Below are positions 16,266 to 27,348 of a stretch of 64,000 nt of DNA, piece by piece. Origin of the DNA: Paramoeba atlantica (taxonomy: Eukaryota; Protista; Discosea). The position numbers were made by a program, and so were the translations under genes. The notes under the pieces are model-generated. The model was not told the DNA's origin. It made no database searches and saw only the letters and a list, made by a program, of their open reading frames with translations. The stretch lies in assembly GCA_977017575.1 (NCBI GenBank), contig CDRNVI010000012.1, positions 558,001 to 622,000 on the forward strand, read 5' to 3'. Every line of letters begins with the position of its first letter. The first letter of the stretch is position 1.

Positions 16266-17823
16266 CAGGGGTGAAAATCCCATGGTGGGGGGGTCTAAAA
16301 TTCGTAAAATTTGTCCAATTTTGGAAAATAATAGCGCGTTCGAGAGCTCTCGCAGAGTTGTATGTTTTAAGATAGGCAGTTTGCGGGGGTTAGGGGGGTA
16401 CCCCCCTTTGATGGAAGGGTCAAAAACACGATTTGCAAATTTGAAAAACTGTAAAAAATGGTCAAAAATTACCCTTAATACCCACAGGAAGACCCGTTTC
16501 GCTCAATAACGATGCGACAACGCTTGCGGAAACTGCTCATCGTGTTAATACATTCTTGCTTGCGTTCTGATTGTAATCTTTCGAACGCTGTCTCAATGGC
16601 CGATACTAATTCAGCCCGATTCTTGGGTCGAAGATCATTTTTGATGCTGTCCATGGTCCCCCAAAGGTTTTCAATGGTGTTTAAATCGGGGGATTTTGCA
16701 GGCCAAGAGAGTACATTAATACCTTCGTTACGAAAGGTTGTTCGCGCAGAATTATGAACAGGACAATTATCCATTGCAACGACTCCAGATGGGTGGCGCC
16801 TCAAATAATTTAAAAGTCCTTTGCGCTTCTTCATGGCGTCATTGAAAGCATCCCCTGTTACAGTTACTTTTCGGCCGGAAGGGTCGTGGGAGGGAAAAAT
16901 GTGTAGACGAAATCCATGATTTAAACTGACCCCCATCCACACCATGACGCCGTTCCCTCCATACCAAGGTTCTAGCTCTCCCTGCTGTTCCTTGGCGGGG
17001 TCAGTCTTCCGGCAAAGGTAAGTAATTTTGTTTCGTCCCCTACCGCAAGTGAACTTCTTCTCATCGCAGAAAACAATTTGTCTCAGTTGGGTATCTGACC
17101 AAGTGAGCATCTCAGAACAAAAATGCACTCGTTTCCTCTTGTGTTCATCGGTCAGTGCGGGCTTTCTTTTTAAAGTTCGCATGATCATACCATGGCTCTT
17201 CATGGCGTTAACCAAAGTTGGTCTTGAACACTGAAATCCAAGAAAAAGCACAACTCTATGGAGTGCACACCAGTTCTCAATCCCGTACGGGAGGTCACGG
17301 TATCCCTCATCAATGAGGCGGATAGCTGCTTCGTGCAGCGCAGGGGTACTGACAGGAGATGGGCGTGAAATAGGAGAGCTTTCCACGTCTCCAGTGTTCT
17401 CATAGCGTATCACAAGACGTTTTACTGTATTTTCGTGGACGCCGAAGTTTTGGGCTGTCCGAGAATAGGACCCTGTCTCAAGATAATCTGAGACAAGAAG
17501 CATACGGTGACTTGGTATCACCCGTGCGGGGGAGGAATAGGACCTGTCGCTGAGTACACCACGTGAGGTTCGGGAACGAATCCGTTTCTGGGGCATATAG
17601 TGCTAATATTGACTGAAAAACAGCTAAAAACTGAAAAAACGTAAATTTGGGCAAGAAAAAAAATCACGATTTTTTTGGTCTCATCGTTTCATGTTGAGTC
17701 ACAGGCCGCAAATAGTGCTAAAATATACAACTCTGCGAGAGCTCTCGAATGCGCTATTACTTTCCAAAATTGGATAATTTTTACGAATTTTAGCCCCCCC
17801 CCACCACGAGGTTTTCACCCCTG
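16266..17823 (-). mobile_element. Complete Tc1/mariner element, DD32E family
   Basis: About 95-bp imperfect TIRs beginning CAGGGGTGAAAA, with TA on both sides. Confidence 0.92.
16475..17596 (-). CDS. Tc1-like transposase, 373 aa, DD32E spacing
   Basis: Motifs IVFCDEKK, MDNCPVH, WPAKSPDLNTIENLW; 32 residues between the second D and the E. Confidence 0.92.
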   Translation of the reverse strand: MPQKRIRSRTSRGVLSDRSYSSPARVIPSHRMLLVSDYLETGSYSRTAQNFGVHENTVKRLVIRYENTGDVESSPISRPSPVSTPALHEAAIRLIDEGYRDLPYGIENWCALHRVVLFLGFQCSRPTLVNAMKSHGMIMRTLKRKPALTDEHKRKRVHFCSEMLTWSDTQLRQIVFCDEKKFTCGRGRNKITYLCRKTDPAKEQQGELEPWYGGNGVMVWMGVSLNHGFRLHIFPSHDPSGRKVTVTGDAFNDAMKKRKGLLNYLRRHPSGVVAMDNCPVHNSARTTFRNEGINVLSWPAKSPDLNTIENLWGTMDSIKNDLRPKNRAELVSAIETAFERLQSERKQECINTMSSFRKRCRIVIERNGSSCGY

Positions 17824-17853
17824 TATATATATATATATGTGTGTGTGTGTGTG
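17824..17853. repeat. (TA)n(TG)n tract, the displaced 3' flank of HERO-like copy 2
   Basis: Continues the (TA)n run that is interrupted at 13260 by the Tc1 cluster. Confidence 0.7.
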
Positions 17854-18905
17854 AGGGGGGAATATTAATAGGAAGTAAAGCATATTCTCAACACGATTGG
17901 GGTCACCCGCATTGGGAAGTGCTCCGCCCATGGGAAAAATCAGAAGACGTATAATAAATTAACAAGGAGTGAACTGAAGTCTAAGGCGGCATAAATAAGT
18001 GCAGCATAAATATTTTGCTTTTTGAACACGAAAAAGAAGCATCGGAAATATTTATAAACTACTTTTCCAGATGCACTTGATAACATTGAAGAATTGGGAG
18101 CACAACGATTATCAATTTAATATACCGTCAAAGTATTTACCAGCAAAATAAAATCATTGGAATAAACTTTTTGTTGTAAAAATTGGCTGAATGATAATTT
18201 ACAAAATTTACTTTTCAGCGAATCGCATCGTGTTATTGATATTGATTAGGGATTTGGTTTTTATTATTTTCAATTAGCGGACACCCGCCTTCCTCCACTC
18301 TTTTACCGCGGAGGATAGTATCGCGGCGTTGCCTTTTTGAACAGCCACATTAATGGCTTGTAGTGCATGACGCAGGAAACCTTTCCTGTCATACGTATAC
18401 CTTGCGATCTCCTTTAGGAGGAGTACGGTGCGCTTCCCTGCCACACCAAAAACGGTAAATGCAAGGGGGTAGAAATGCATACCCCTTTTCGTGGCCATGT
18501 CACTGTGCGCTTTTACTTTCAAGCTTTCCACCCTTTCTAGAGTGTTGCCAGGCGCTACCCATTCGGCCTTAACATAAGAAGGGACGAGGGGGTTAACGAC
18601 GGTCACGTCCACCAGACATACAGTCAGCAAAAAAACCGTTCGAATGTTTCGGTTTTTTTTTCTTTTGTATAGAGCTATTGATTAAATATCACCGTTGCGC
18701 TGGTAATGTGTGCTAGTAGTGTAGGCATGAGTGTCACCTAATAGTACCCGTAGATAGTTCACCTCAGTTCGTTCTACCAAAGAAATAAGAATGAATATAA
18801 AAAAGTTTAGCATTCGAAAGGTTTTTTTGCTACCTATTATAGAGAAAATCTTGTCCCAAAAAATAGATGAAACGTAATCGCCCAAGAGAGATTATGCCCC
18901 TAAAA

Positions 18906-19916
18906 TTAGTATTTAGTATTCCCCCCACGAGCCTTCAGCACTGCCTTCATACGGGCAGGCATACTGTCCACCTGGGCACGACATACTGAGGGTGGTATGT
19001 TCGCCCATTCCATTTTTACCCTCTCCCACAACTCTCGGACCCCGCTTGGTGGATCATCGTGCGCTGCAAGGCGCCGCTTGAGTTCCCCCCAAACGTTTTC
19101 GATTGGATTTAAGTCAGGGGACTGCGTGGGCCACCGCATGACTTCAAACCCGGTACCCCGGAGGTGCCGTTGCGCACAATGGCTTGTGTGCTTGGGGTCA
19201 TTATCTTGTTGGAAGATGACCATTGGGGGGTCTAGACCCATAGTTTCGATGGAGGGGGCAAGATTCTCTTCAAGAATCTCGACGTACTGTGTGGCGTTCA
19301 GGTTCCCTTGAACTAGACGCACATGCCCCACACCGCTTCGGGACATGCACGCCCAAATCATGATGTGCCCCCCTCCGTACTTTACCGTGGGAATTACCCC
19401 TTTTTCACCCAGTTCCTCCCCCGGGGTCCCCCATGTCCAAAGACTTCCCCCCGTTTCAAAGCGCGAGATCTTCGTCTCGTCCGACCATACAACTGGAGCC
19501 CAGTCGTGCACTGTCCAGTGCTCATGGGCCGTGGCAAAGTCCATCCGAAGCTTGCGATGGCGCTTGGACAGGTAGGGCTTGCGGACACGCTTTCTACCTT
19601 TGTGTCCGAAGCGGTGCATCGAAACTCGGATAGACTGAGGAACAACATCAGCAACGCCCTCGCGGCGCAGCTGAGATGATACCTCTCGCGCAGAATTTCC
19701 GGAGAACACAAGTCGTCGCACACGGCGTGTGCACGGCTCGGAAAGCTTTCGAGGGCGTCCACCCTGCATCCTGAGAGTATCAGGCCTTTCCTTTTTTAAG
19801 ATCATAGAAATTGTTGAGATACTTAAATTTACAGTATCAGAGATGGACCTCATAGACACACCGCTGTCGTAGAGCTCTGCAATTTGTTTCTTTACGTAAC
19901 GTGGTGTGGGCCTCAT
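18906..19916 (-). CDS. Tc1 transposase DD34E, 336 aa
   Basis: Motifs VWSDETK, QQDNDPKH, SPDLNPIENVW, ARGGNTKY. Confidence 0.95.
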   Translation of the reverse strand: MRPTPRYVKKQIAELYDSGVSMRSISDTVNLSISTISMILKKERPDTLRMQGGRPRKLSEPCTRRVRRLVFSGNSAREVSSQLRREGVADVVPQSIRVSMHRFGHKGRKRVRKPYLSKRHRKLRMDFATAHEHWTVHDWAPVVWSDETKISRFETGGSLWTWGTPGEELGEKGVIPTVKYGGGHIMIWACMSRSGVGHVRLVQGNLNATQYVEILEENLAPSIETMGLDPPMVIFQQDNDPKHTSHCAQRHLRGTGFEVMRWPTQSPDLNPIENVWGELKRRLAAHDDPPSGVRELWERVKMEWANIPPSVCRAQVDSMPARMKAVLKARGGNTKY

Positions 19917-20013
19917 ATAGAGTGCAAAATGTAACAGTGTAAGATAAACAATGTAATAGTATAAGATAAACTCTATAACCGAAAATTCTTCTTACCTAAA
20001 ATTCTTATTTTCT

Positions 20014-21024
20014 ATGACGCCCACACCACGTTACGTAAAGAAACAAATTGCAGAGCTCTACGACAGCGGTGTGTCTATGAGGTCCATCTCTGATACTGTA
20101 AATTTAAGTATCTCAACAATTTCTATGATCTTAAAAAAGGAAAGGCCTGATACTCTCAGGATGCAGGGTGGACGCCCTCGAAAGCTTTCCGAGCCGTGCA
20201 CACGCCGTGTGCGACGACTTGTGTTCTCCGGAAATTCTGCGCGAGAGGTATCATCTCAGCTGCGCCGCGAGGGCGTTGCTGATGTTGTTCCTCAGTCTAT
20301 CCGAGTTTCGATGCACCGCTTCGGACACAAAGGTAGAAAGCGTGTCCGCAAGCCCTACCTGTCCAAGCGCCATCGCAAGCTTCGGATGGACTTTGCCACG
20401 GCCCATGAGCACTGGACAGTGCACGACTGGGCTCCAGTTGTATGGTCGGACGAGACGAAGATCTCGCGCTTTGAAACGGGGGGAAGTCCTTGGACATGGG
20501 GGACCCCGGGGGAGGAACTGGGTGAAAAAGGGGTAATTCCCACGGTAAAGTACGGAGGGGGGCACATCATGATTTGGGCGTGCATGTCCCGAAGCGGTGT
20601 GGGGCATGTGCGTCTAGTTCAAGGGAACCTGAACGCCACACAGTACGTCGAGATTCTTGAAGAGAATCTTGCCCCCTCCATCGAAACTATGGGTCTAGAC
20701 CCCCCAATGGTCATCTTCCAACAAGATAATGACCCCAAGCACACAAGCCATTGTGCGCAACGGCACCTCCGGGGTACCGGGTTTGAAGTCATGCGGTGGC
20801 CCCCGCAGTCCCCTGACTTAAATCCAATCGAAAACGTTTGGGGGGAACTCAAGCGGCGCCTTGCAGCGCACGATGATCCACCAAGCGGGGTCCGAGAGTT
20901 GTGGGAGAGGGTAAAAATGGAATGGGCGAACATACCACCCTCAGTATGTCGTGCCCAGGTGGACAGTATGCCTGCCCGTATGAAGGCAGTGCTGAAGGCT
21001 CGTGGGGGGAATACTAAATACTAA
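20014..21024 (+). CDS. Tc1 transposase DD34E, 336 aa; inverted twin of 18906-19916
   Basis: Same motifs; differs from its twin at three visible residues (R2T, L/P, T/P). Confidence 0.95.
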   Translation: MTPTPRYVKKQIAELYDSGVSMRSISDTVNLSISTISMILKKERPDTLRMQGGRPRKLSEPCTRRVRRLVFSGNSAREVSSQLRREGVADVVPQSIRVSMHRFGHKGRKRVRKPYLSKRHRKLRMDFATAHEHWTVHDWAPVVWSDETKISRFETGGSPWTWGTPGEELGEKGVIPTVKYGGGHIMIWACMSRSGVGHVRLVQGNLNATQYVEILEENLAPSIETMGLDPPMVIFQQDNDPKHTSHCAQRHLRGTGFEVMRWPPQSPDLNPIENVWGELKRRLAAHDDPPSGVRELWERVKMEWANIPPSVCRAQVDSMPARMKAVLKARGGNTKY

Positions 21025-24000
21025 TTTTAGGGGCATAATCTCTCTTGGGCGATTACGTTTCATCTATTTTTTGGGACAAGATTTTCTCTATAATAGGTAG
21101 CAAAAAAACCTTTCGAATGCTAAACTTTTTTATATTCATTCTTATTTCTTTGGTAGAACGAACTGAGGTGAACTATCTACGGGTACTATTAGGTGACACT
21201 CATGCCTACACTACTAGCACACATTACCAGCGCAACGGTGATATTTAATCAATAGCTCTATACAAAAGAAAAAAAAACCGAAACATTCGAACGGTTTTTT
21301 TGCTGACTGTATCTTCCCTCCCAGCATAAAGCAGACGTCGGGGCCCTGACCAGCAGAGAATCGGGGTTCATGATTGTCAGGAGTGAATCCGTACTGTCGT
21401 AGCAAGTGCACGAAGGCATTCTTAACAAGTTTGTGGCGAGTGGCCGCAGTGTCGCCTTTGTTAAACAAAATCTTTGTTTGAGAGGATGTCTCCGCACTCA
21501 CATTGTGCGAAAGGGTCCGAAGTAGGTGCTATCAAGTATCGCATGCGCATGGCTGTTTGCCATTCTGCGTCGCGCATGAAGTACTCACCCCGATTCCTAC
21601 GCGCCTCTGTCCATTTGCGCTTTCTCTTGTCCATCAACTGAAGTGAATGGACGTCATGTAGTTCGCTGGTTTCTTTACGCACTGCTGACTTCGACTCTTC
21701 ATATCTTGTCAAGGCAGAACGTCGTCTTTCCATACACCCTAATACCTCAGCTTTTGTGCGAGAATACAGAGTTGCCGCTTGCTGCGCAAAAGGTTTCGCC
21801 CCCAAAAGGTCGCCCGTCATGAGAGTACTGTGAAACGGGTTCTTTTCCAGGTCTTCGAAGCCTCCTAGCAGCTCTGAGGCACACTCCTGTATGGCCTTGT
21901 CCGCTAACACGTTGGCTTTTGCCGTTACCTCCGGCTCATGACACCGCATTAGGTAGTCCCACCGGGGGACTCCACATCTCTTCAGCAAAATGTAAGCACT
22001 TTGTAACGAGAGATGTTGCAGCCGATCCAGGAATGTCTGCAATTTAGGCATTTGGTTGACTACCCATCTGGTTTCATCCGCGCCTTCCTTGGAGACGAAT
22101 GCACCTAAGAGCTTTTGTCCTTGCTCCGCATGCTCTATGTTCATACCTCTGAAAGGAGCGTACTGGTCATTGAAATGCGTCGAAAGCTTACATTTGGCCG
22201 GATGTACCTCGAGTCCTATTCCCGAAGCGTGATCACAGAGAGCGCCAAACGCCTGTGCGACACGTTCTGCCGGGCCGATGATTGAAAGGTCGTCTAGGTA
22301 AGCCCAAAGCGTCAGATCACTGAACTCATCCTTCAATTTTCCAAGAATTTGGTGCAAGCCGAGAGAAAACAGTAACGGTCCTAATGGGTCGCCTTGTCGG
22401 ACTCCCCTCAGAACCTTAGTCGGCGAACACGACGAGTTAAATATCGTAGTTGGAGCCCCATATACATATGAGGTCACCCCGTATAGCTCGTGAAATTCAT
22501 CATTTCCCCTTAGATACTGAAACACCGCGCTTCTTTCAATTGAATTGAAGGCGTTACGGATGTCTACTGTCAAGAGCACAAAGTCCGCTTTTTGACGAAA
22601 CGCGTTTCTTGCCCTTAATATTATTTTAGGTCCTCCGTTTCTTGTTCCAACACCAAATTGTGTATCTTGGAAAAGTCTGCCCGTTGCTTCTGCTACCCTG
22701 TCCATGGCGATTTGGCTAGCCAATTTAAGAAAGATTTCCCCCATTGCTATAGGTCGGCAGGCTGGGGATCCTTCTACGGAAGGGCCCTCCTTGCGCAGCA
22801 AGATCAGAGTGGAGCTGGTTAAGACGTCCCTTAGCTGAGCGTCTCGGGAGTTTCGCAGCACTGCTGTAGCTATCCAAGTAACGCAGGCCACGATATCCTG
22901 GTCCTCTAGGAGCGGTATAAGAAGTTCGCGTGTCCAGCCTGATGGGCCCGGCGCGGATCCTTTGGCGAGCTTTCTAGCCCTGTCAGTTAAGGTTTGCTTT
23001 TCGATGTCCATAGATTTTGCCGGGAAATGTTAATAAACCCGAAAGGCCTTTGGGTGAAGTCGATCTATGGCCTTAGCGATCTCTTCAGTAGATAGTGGTT
23101 GTCGTTCCTTCGCCTCTAGCGCTTTTGCCGCTTTCCCGATCGCACCAAGTTTAAGCAGTGCCTCTGCTCGGCCTACCGGGTTAAACTTTGCCACACTTTT
23201 GGTTGCAAGCGAAGGGGTAAATTTTGGTTCTTGCTCGGCCATCCGCTTTCGTAGTTCATACGCCAGTTGCCGATGAGTCAGTTGACTTTCGGGCAGGAAT
23301 AAGAACTGCTTCACTGCGCATAATAGGTTCCACGACATCTTTGCTTTTGTGTCTGTGTGTTGTACTTCAAAGTCTCTGCATATTCCACCGCATAATTCCT
23401 TCCAGCACGGTAATTGCAGGTGATATAATTTACGCAGACTAGGTCGCGTAATCAGTTTTGTGTATGTTTCCCGCAGGCTTTGTATTTCGTGGAGTTGACG
23501 AGGCGGAAGATTTGTCGTATTACACAGTTTCTGTGAGATATGCGATCCCGATTGAACCTCTTTGGTTGAACAATCTTCGAATATTCCTCCAGCCATCTTC
23601 TCCAGTATGGTCCCACGTGGGACTGCTTCTGAGGCCCCAGATATGCAAGGGCTTCCAGGGTGAATTTCTTCCAGATTCAACACATCTTTAACTCTTGTTT
23701 TGCTTCCCTTGGGCCGGCCGCGTGGGCGCTCCGGGCCTGGGTTTTCCTCTATCGTCGAGCCTGCTTGGATCTGAAGTGACCCGAGATCCAACGAACCTGA
23801 AGGTGTGAACTTTCTTCCGGGGGGTCGGCCCCTCTTCTTACCCGGTCCGGGGTTGCTTTCAATGCAGCCCCGGATCAGCTGGGTGCGTACTTGCGCTTTG
23901 GACCAACCAGAGTTGGCGATGACGTTTTTAGTTGACCGGAAACACCACACTGCCCGTGGGCCGGGGTTGCTCTCAATACCCCCTCTTATTAACCATGTAT

Positions 24001-24403
24001 GAACTTGGTCTTTGGACCAGCCAGTTTCTGATGACAGAACTTCCGGTGGCCTAAAGCACCACCATGAAACCCCGCTCGCATCCTTAATCTGTTCCCAGGA
24101 TTTTGACAAAGAAAGTTCAATGCCTAGAAAGTGGCAGATAGCAACAGGGTACTCAACCGGCGCTACACCCTCAGGTATACGGATTGGGTGATCTTCAATT
24201 TGACAATAAATTGGGATTTCGTTGCCTGACTTTTCTCCTGGTGGGGCCTTGATAGTAGCCCCGTACACGCATTCCGTCGTCGGGGGACCGATAATCCCAG
24301 AGAGAGGTAACTCTTCATATGAGGTGGGATCCACGATTTGACTACTTATATACTCCCCCCTTCATTAATGTAAGCTTTGCGTTAGTAATTTAAATTGTGT
24401 ATA

Positions 24404-24780
24404 CAGGGGGGGCCACGAAAACTGACAAAGTCTGCATTTTAGCGTCCTGAGGCCGTTTGAGCTGATTTTTGTTGCAAACGAGAGATCTCGTTCTGAATAT
24501 CGTGTCTACGCTATTTGGAGCCCGTTTCTGCTAATCAAAAAAAAGAATTTACAAAAAATTGAAATTTTGGGCAAAATATTTTGCAAAAAGTATCGAAAAA
24601 CGTAAAAAAGGCTATTTTTTCTTCTTTTTACCTTACTATGGGCAAACGGAATAGACTAAACCGTCGCCAGCTATCACCAGAACATGTTCATATCCTGTGC
24701 GCATTGTCTGCGCACACGAAAGACAGGACAGGGAAAGGAGCAAGTAATCCCCAGTCGTAAGTTTCGGTTTGTTTTATATA
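24404..24780 (+). mobile_element. Tc1-like left-end fragment
   Basis: TA|CAGGGGGGGCC terminus and a short MGKRNRLNRRQLSPEH ORF start; interrupted by the 24785 element. Confidence 0.45.
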
Positions 24781-24784
24781 CATA

Positions 24785-25579
24785 CAGGGGTGCAAATCAG
24801 ATGCTGGGGGGGGGTCTAAAATTAGCAATGTTCGCGCAATTTTGGAAAAATTATAGCGCATTCGAGAGCTCTCGCAGAGATCTATGTTTTGGCGCTATTA
24901 TCACATTAAAAGAAAACAAATTTGAAAAAGATATTTTTTTAAAGGGTTTTTAACCCCCTAAAAGTTGCAGATTTTTCAATTTTTGCAGTTTTTTCCAATT
25001 TTTGCAATTTTTGCAGTGTTTTTTTGTTTCTCAGCTCACTATTATGCCGCAAAAGCGATCCCGCTCTAAATAAAACAGTAAAAGCTTATCTGATAGATCA
25101 CGTGAACCCCCGGGGCACACAAAATATTCACACAGGATGCTTCTCGTAAAAACATTACGAGAATACAAGCTCCTACAGTGCCACTTGCCAAAGACAAGGC
25201 GTCCACGACAGCATGTTAAGTTGTGGGTTAAGCGATTTGAGGAAACCGGGGATGTTCTATTGAAAAGGCGGTTGATTACATTAAAACAGATGGTCATGAC
25301 ATGCTCATAAACACTTTGAACAGCATGCCGCGGCGTTTCGACATAGTAATAGAAAAAAAAGGGGAAACTTGTAATTATTGAACGTACAAAAATTTTCATT
25401 CATTTTTTGCATTTTGACGTTTTTGGGCTTCTCCTCAGTTGACCACCCCCTTACACCCCGGGAAACCGCCTATCCAAATACATAGATCTCTGCGAGAGCT
25501 CTCGAATACGCTATTATTTTCCAAAATTGCGCAAACATTGCTAATTTTAGACCCCTCCAGCATCTGATTTGCACCCCTG
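24785..25579 (+). mobile_element. Internally deleted DD32E-family element (MITE-like, 795 bp)
   Basis: Long TIRs starting CAGGGGTGCAAATCAGATGCTGG, TA on both sides. Degenerate MPQKRSRS...SHRMLLVKHYE transposase N-terminus. Confidence 0.88.
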
Positions 25580-26599
25580 TATGCGTTGTGTATGATCCGG
25601 ATCAAAATGGTTTCGTTATTTACATACGGTTACGCGGTACAAAAGTATATATCATTGGACCTGTGTATAGAGCTAAATAGAATTCGATATGGTTTTTGTT
25701 CTATGATATTACATTCTTGAATTTCAATATTACAATTCAAAATTATTTCTATAAATGCCTTACCGAAGCTTTAGAAAAAAAATTATAGATTTGTGAAAAT
25801 TTATATTTTTGCTCGGAGGTCAACTTTTGCGACAGTTCTTTTCGGAACTATACCTATCTTGGATCAAGACGAGGACGAAGCTCATGAAACTTCGCTCCGC
25901 AAAGTGCTGATCAACCTTTTGCACTCTGAAATTATAACCAGTGCACATTTTTTTCGTCCACAGCAGCGGTTTTATTTGTATATTTGTCGTATCTAAGTTT
26001 TTCTGTGGTTTTGATTAGTGTCGTGCAAATCCTCTTTAGGTACTAGTATACCATTTTCTTTCTTTAGGTACCATTTTCTTATTTGCTGTACTTCAAGCTT
26101 GAAAGTAAATTGATTGCACGAAGTAATTTGGCGGGGGTGTAAGCACACTTGCGCAGTGCGTGAGGAGCAAAGAATTCCGACGGAAGCAGAAATTTTCGAA
26201 ACCAATTCGACACTCTTTAAATGTCAATGCGTTCGTAATTTGAACGTGTAAAGGGGCACACACGCTACTCCGTAGTTATGAGGAGCTACAAAGGTTCTGT
26301 ACGACCGAAAGGAGCGAGTACTGGGGAAATTTTAGTCGCATTAGAAAAGAACCATCGAGTCATGCGCCAGTGGGAAAAGGCTTTAGTCAATGAAATATGA
26401 AAAAAGCTGATTGCAGTTGTATGTGAACACCCGTTTTTTTTGGAATAGCGGTCGATGCAGGTGTTGACAGCGTATTGAATGAGCATGTTCTAGTGGGGAT
26501 TGTTTACGTGCCTGACCAGCAGTACCTTCTCCCGCCTCTGTATCACCCAAAGCGCAAAGCTTTCAATGGAAAGGAAACAGCCGAATGCCTGTTAGATAC

Positions 26600-26890
26600 G
26601 TTAGACGGTTGTCTTCGAAGCAGTGTAATCCGGAACATTCATCCCAGAATTTTTATCAAACTTTTGCACAAGGAAGACGGTTGTCTTCAGCGCACAACCC
26701 TTAACATTTTTTCCTGAACTTTGAACATGTCGTGAAGAAGACGGTTGTCTTTGATACAGCGTAATCCATAACATGCATCGCGGTATTTATTCGAACCTTT
26801 ACATAAAGAAGACGGTTGTCTTCGACGCAAGGTAACCCGTAACATTTTCTATCTGAACTTTTGAATATGAAGACAGTTGTCTTCGCAACA
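26600..26890. repeat. Diverged tandem repeat with a conserved AGACGGTTGTCTT core
   Basis: Cores at about 26603, 26675, 26739, 26810 and 26871; spacing alternates about 72 and 62 bp. Confidence 0.7.
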
Positions 26891-27348
26891 GCGTAATCCA
26901 TTGTATCTTCAACGCTCTCCATTGTATGCGTATAATTTTCCAAGTTTTATTGATGTCTAACGAACATAAATGCTACACTTTTTCCCTACACCAAAGCTGT
27001 ATAAATTATACCATTGTACACTTTAAATATTCTGTTGATAACGGTATCACGTAACATGTAGGACATTAATGTGGGGACGTTACGTAGGAGGGTGTGAAGT
27101 CATTTCATCAGACGATGAAGATGGTATGCGCGTAACGACATAGTAACTCTTCCAGTACTATTAGAACTACATAGCAACTAGAAGTACCTTGTAGGTGGAA
27201 AAAAATCGTATTTTCCCAAGACTGTTTTGGACCACAAAAATTCCTCTCCGATTTCATTCTACCTTTCGACGTCGAAAAGGCCACGAATTCGACGTCGAAA
27301 CACGTTCTACGCCGTAGAATGGCAATTTTCGACGTCTAATGAGAGCTA

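Larger units (their letters stand above)
18621..21309. mobile_element. Palindromic composite Tc1 element with two divergent transposases
   Basis: Arms 18621-19916 and 20014-21309 (1296 bp each) are near-perfect inverted copies around a 97-bp spacer. TA target duplication at 18619-18620 and 21310-21311. Confidence 0.9.
18274..24334 (-). mobile_element. CRE/SLACS-like RLE non-LTR retrotransposon (family A), disrupted
   Basis: 23030-24334 and 21461-23011 share a frame and are separated by one TAA. RT motifs SGWT, RPIAMGE, DIRNAFN, GVRQGDPLGP, AYLDD. The RLE (GPDV...DVTVVNP) is split by the 18621-21309 insertion. Confidence 0.88.

Noticed and set aside
18997-20933. Short antisense or alternative-frame ORFs mirrored in both Tc1 arms
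   Set aside because: They are shadows of the transposase ORFs, duplicated by the palindrome.
26600-26890. CRISPR array
   Set aside because: The core is only about 14 bp, the spacers are related to each other, there are no cas genes and the context is eukaryotic.
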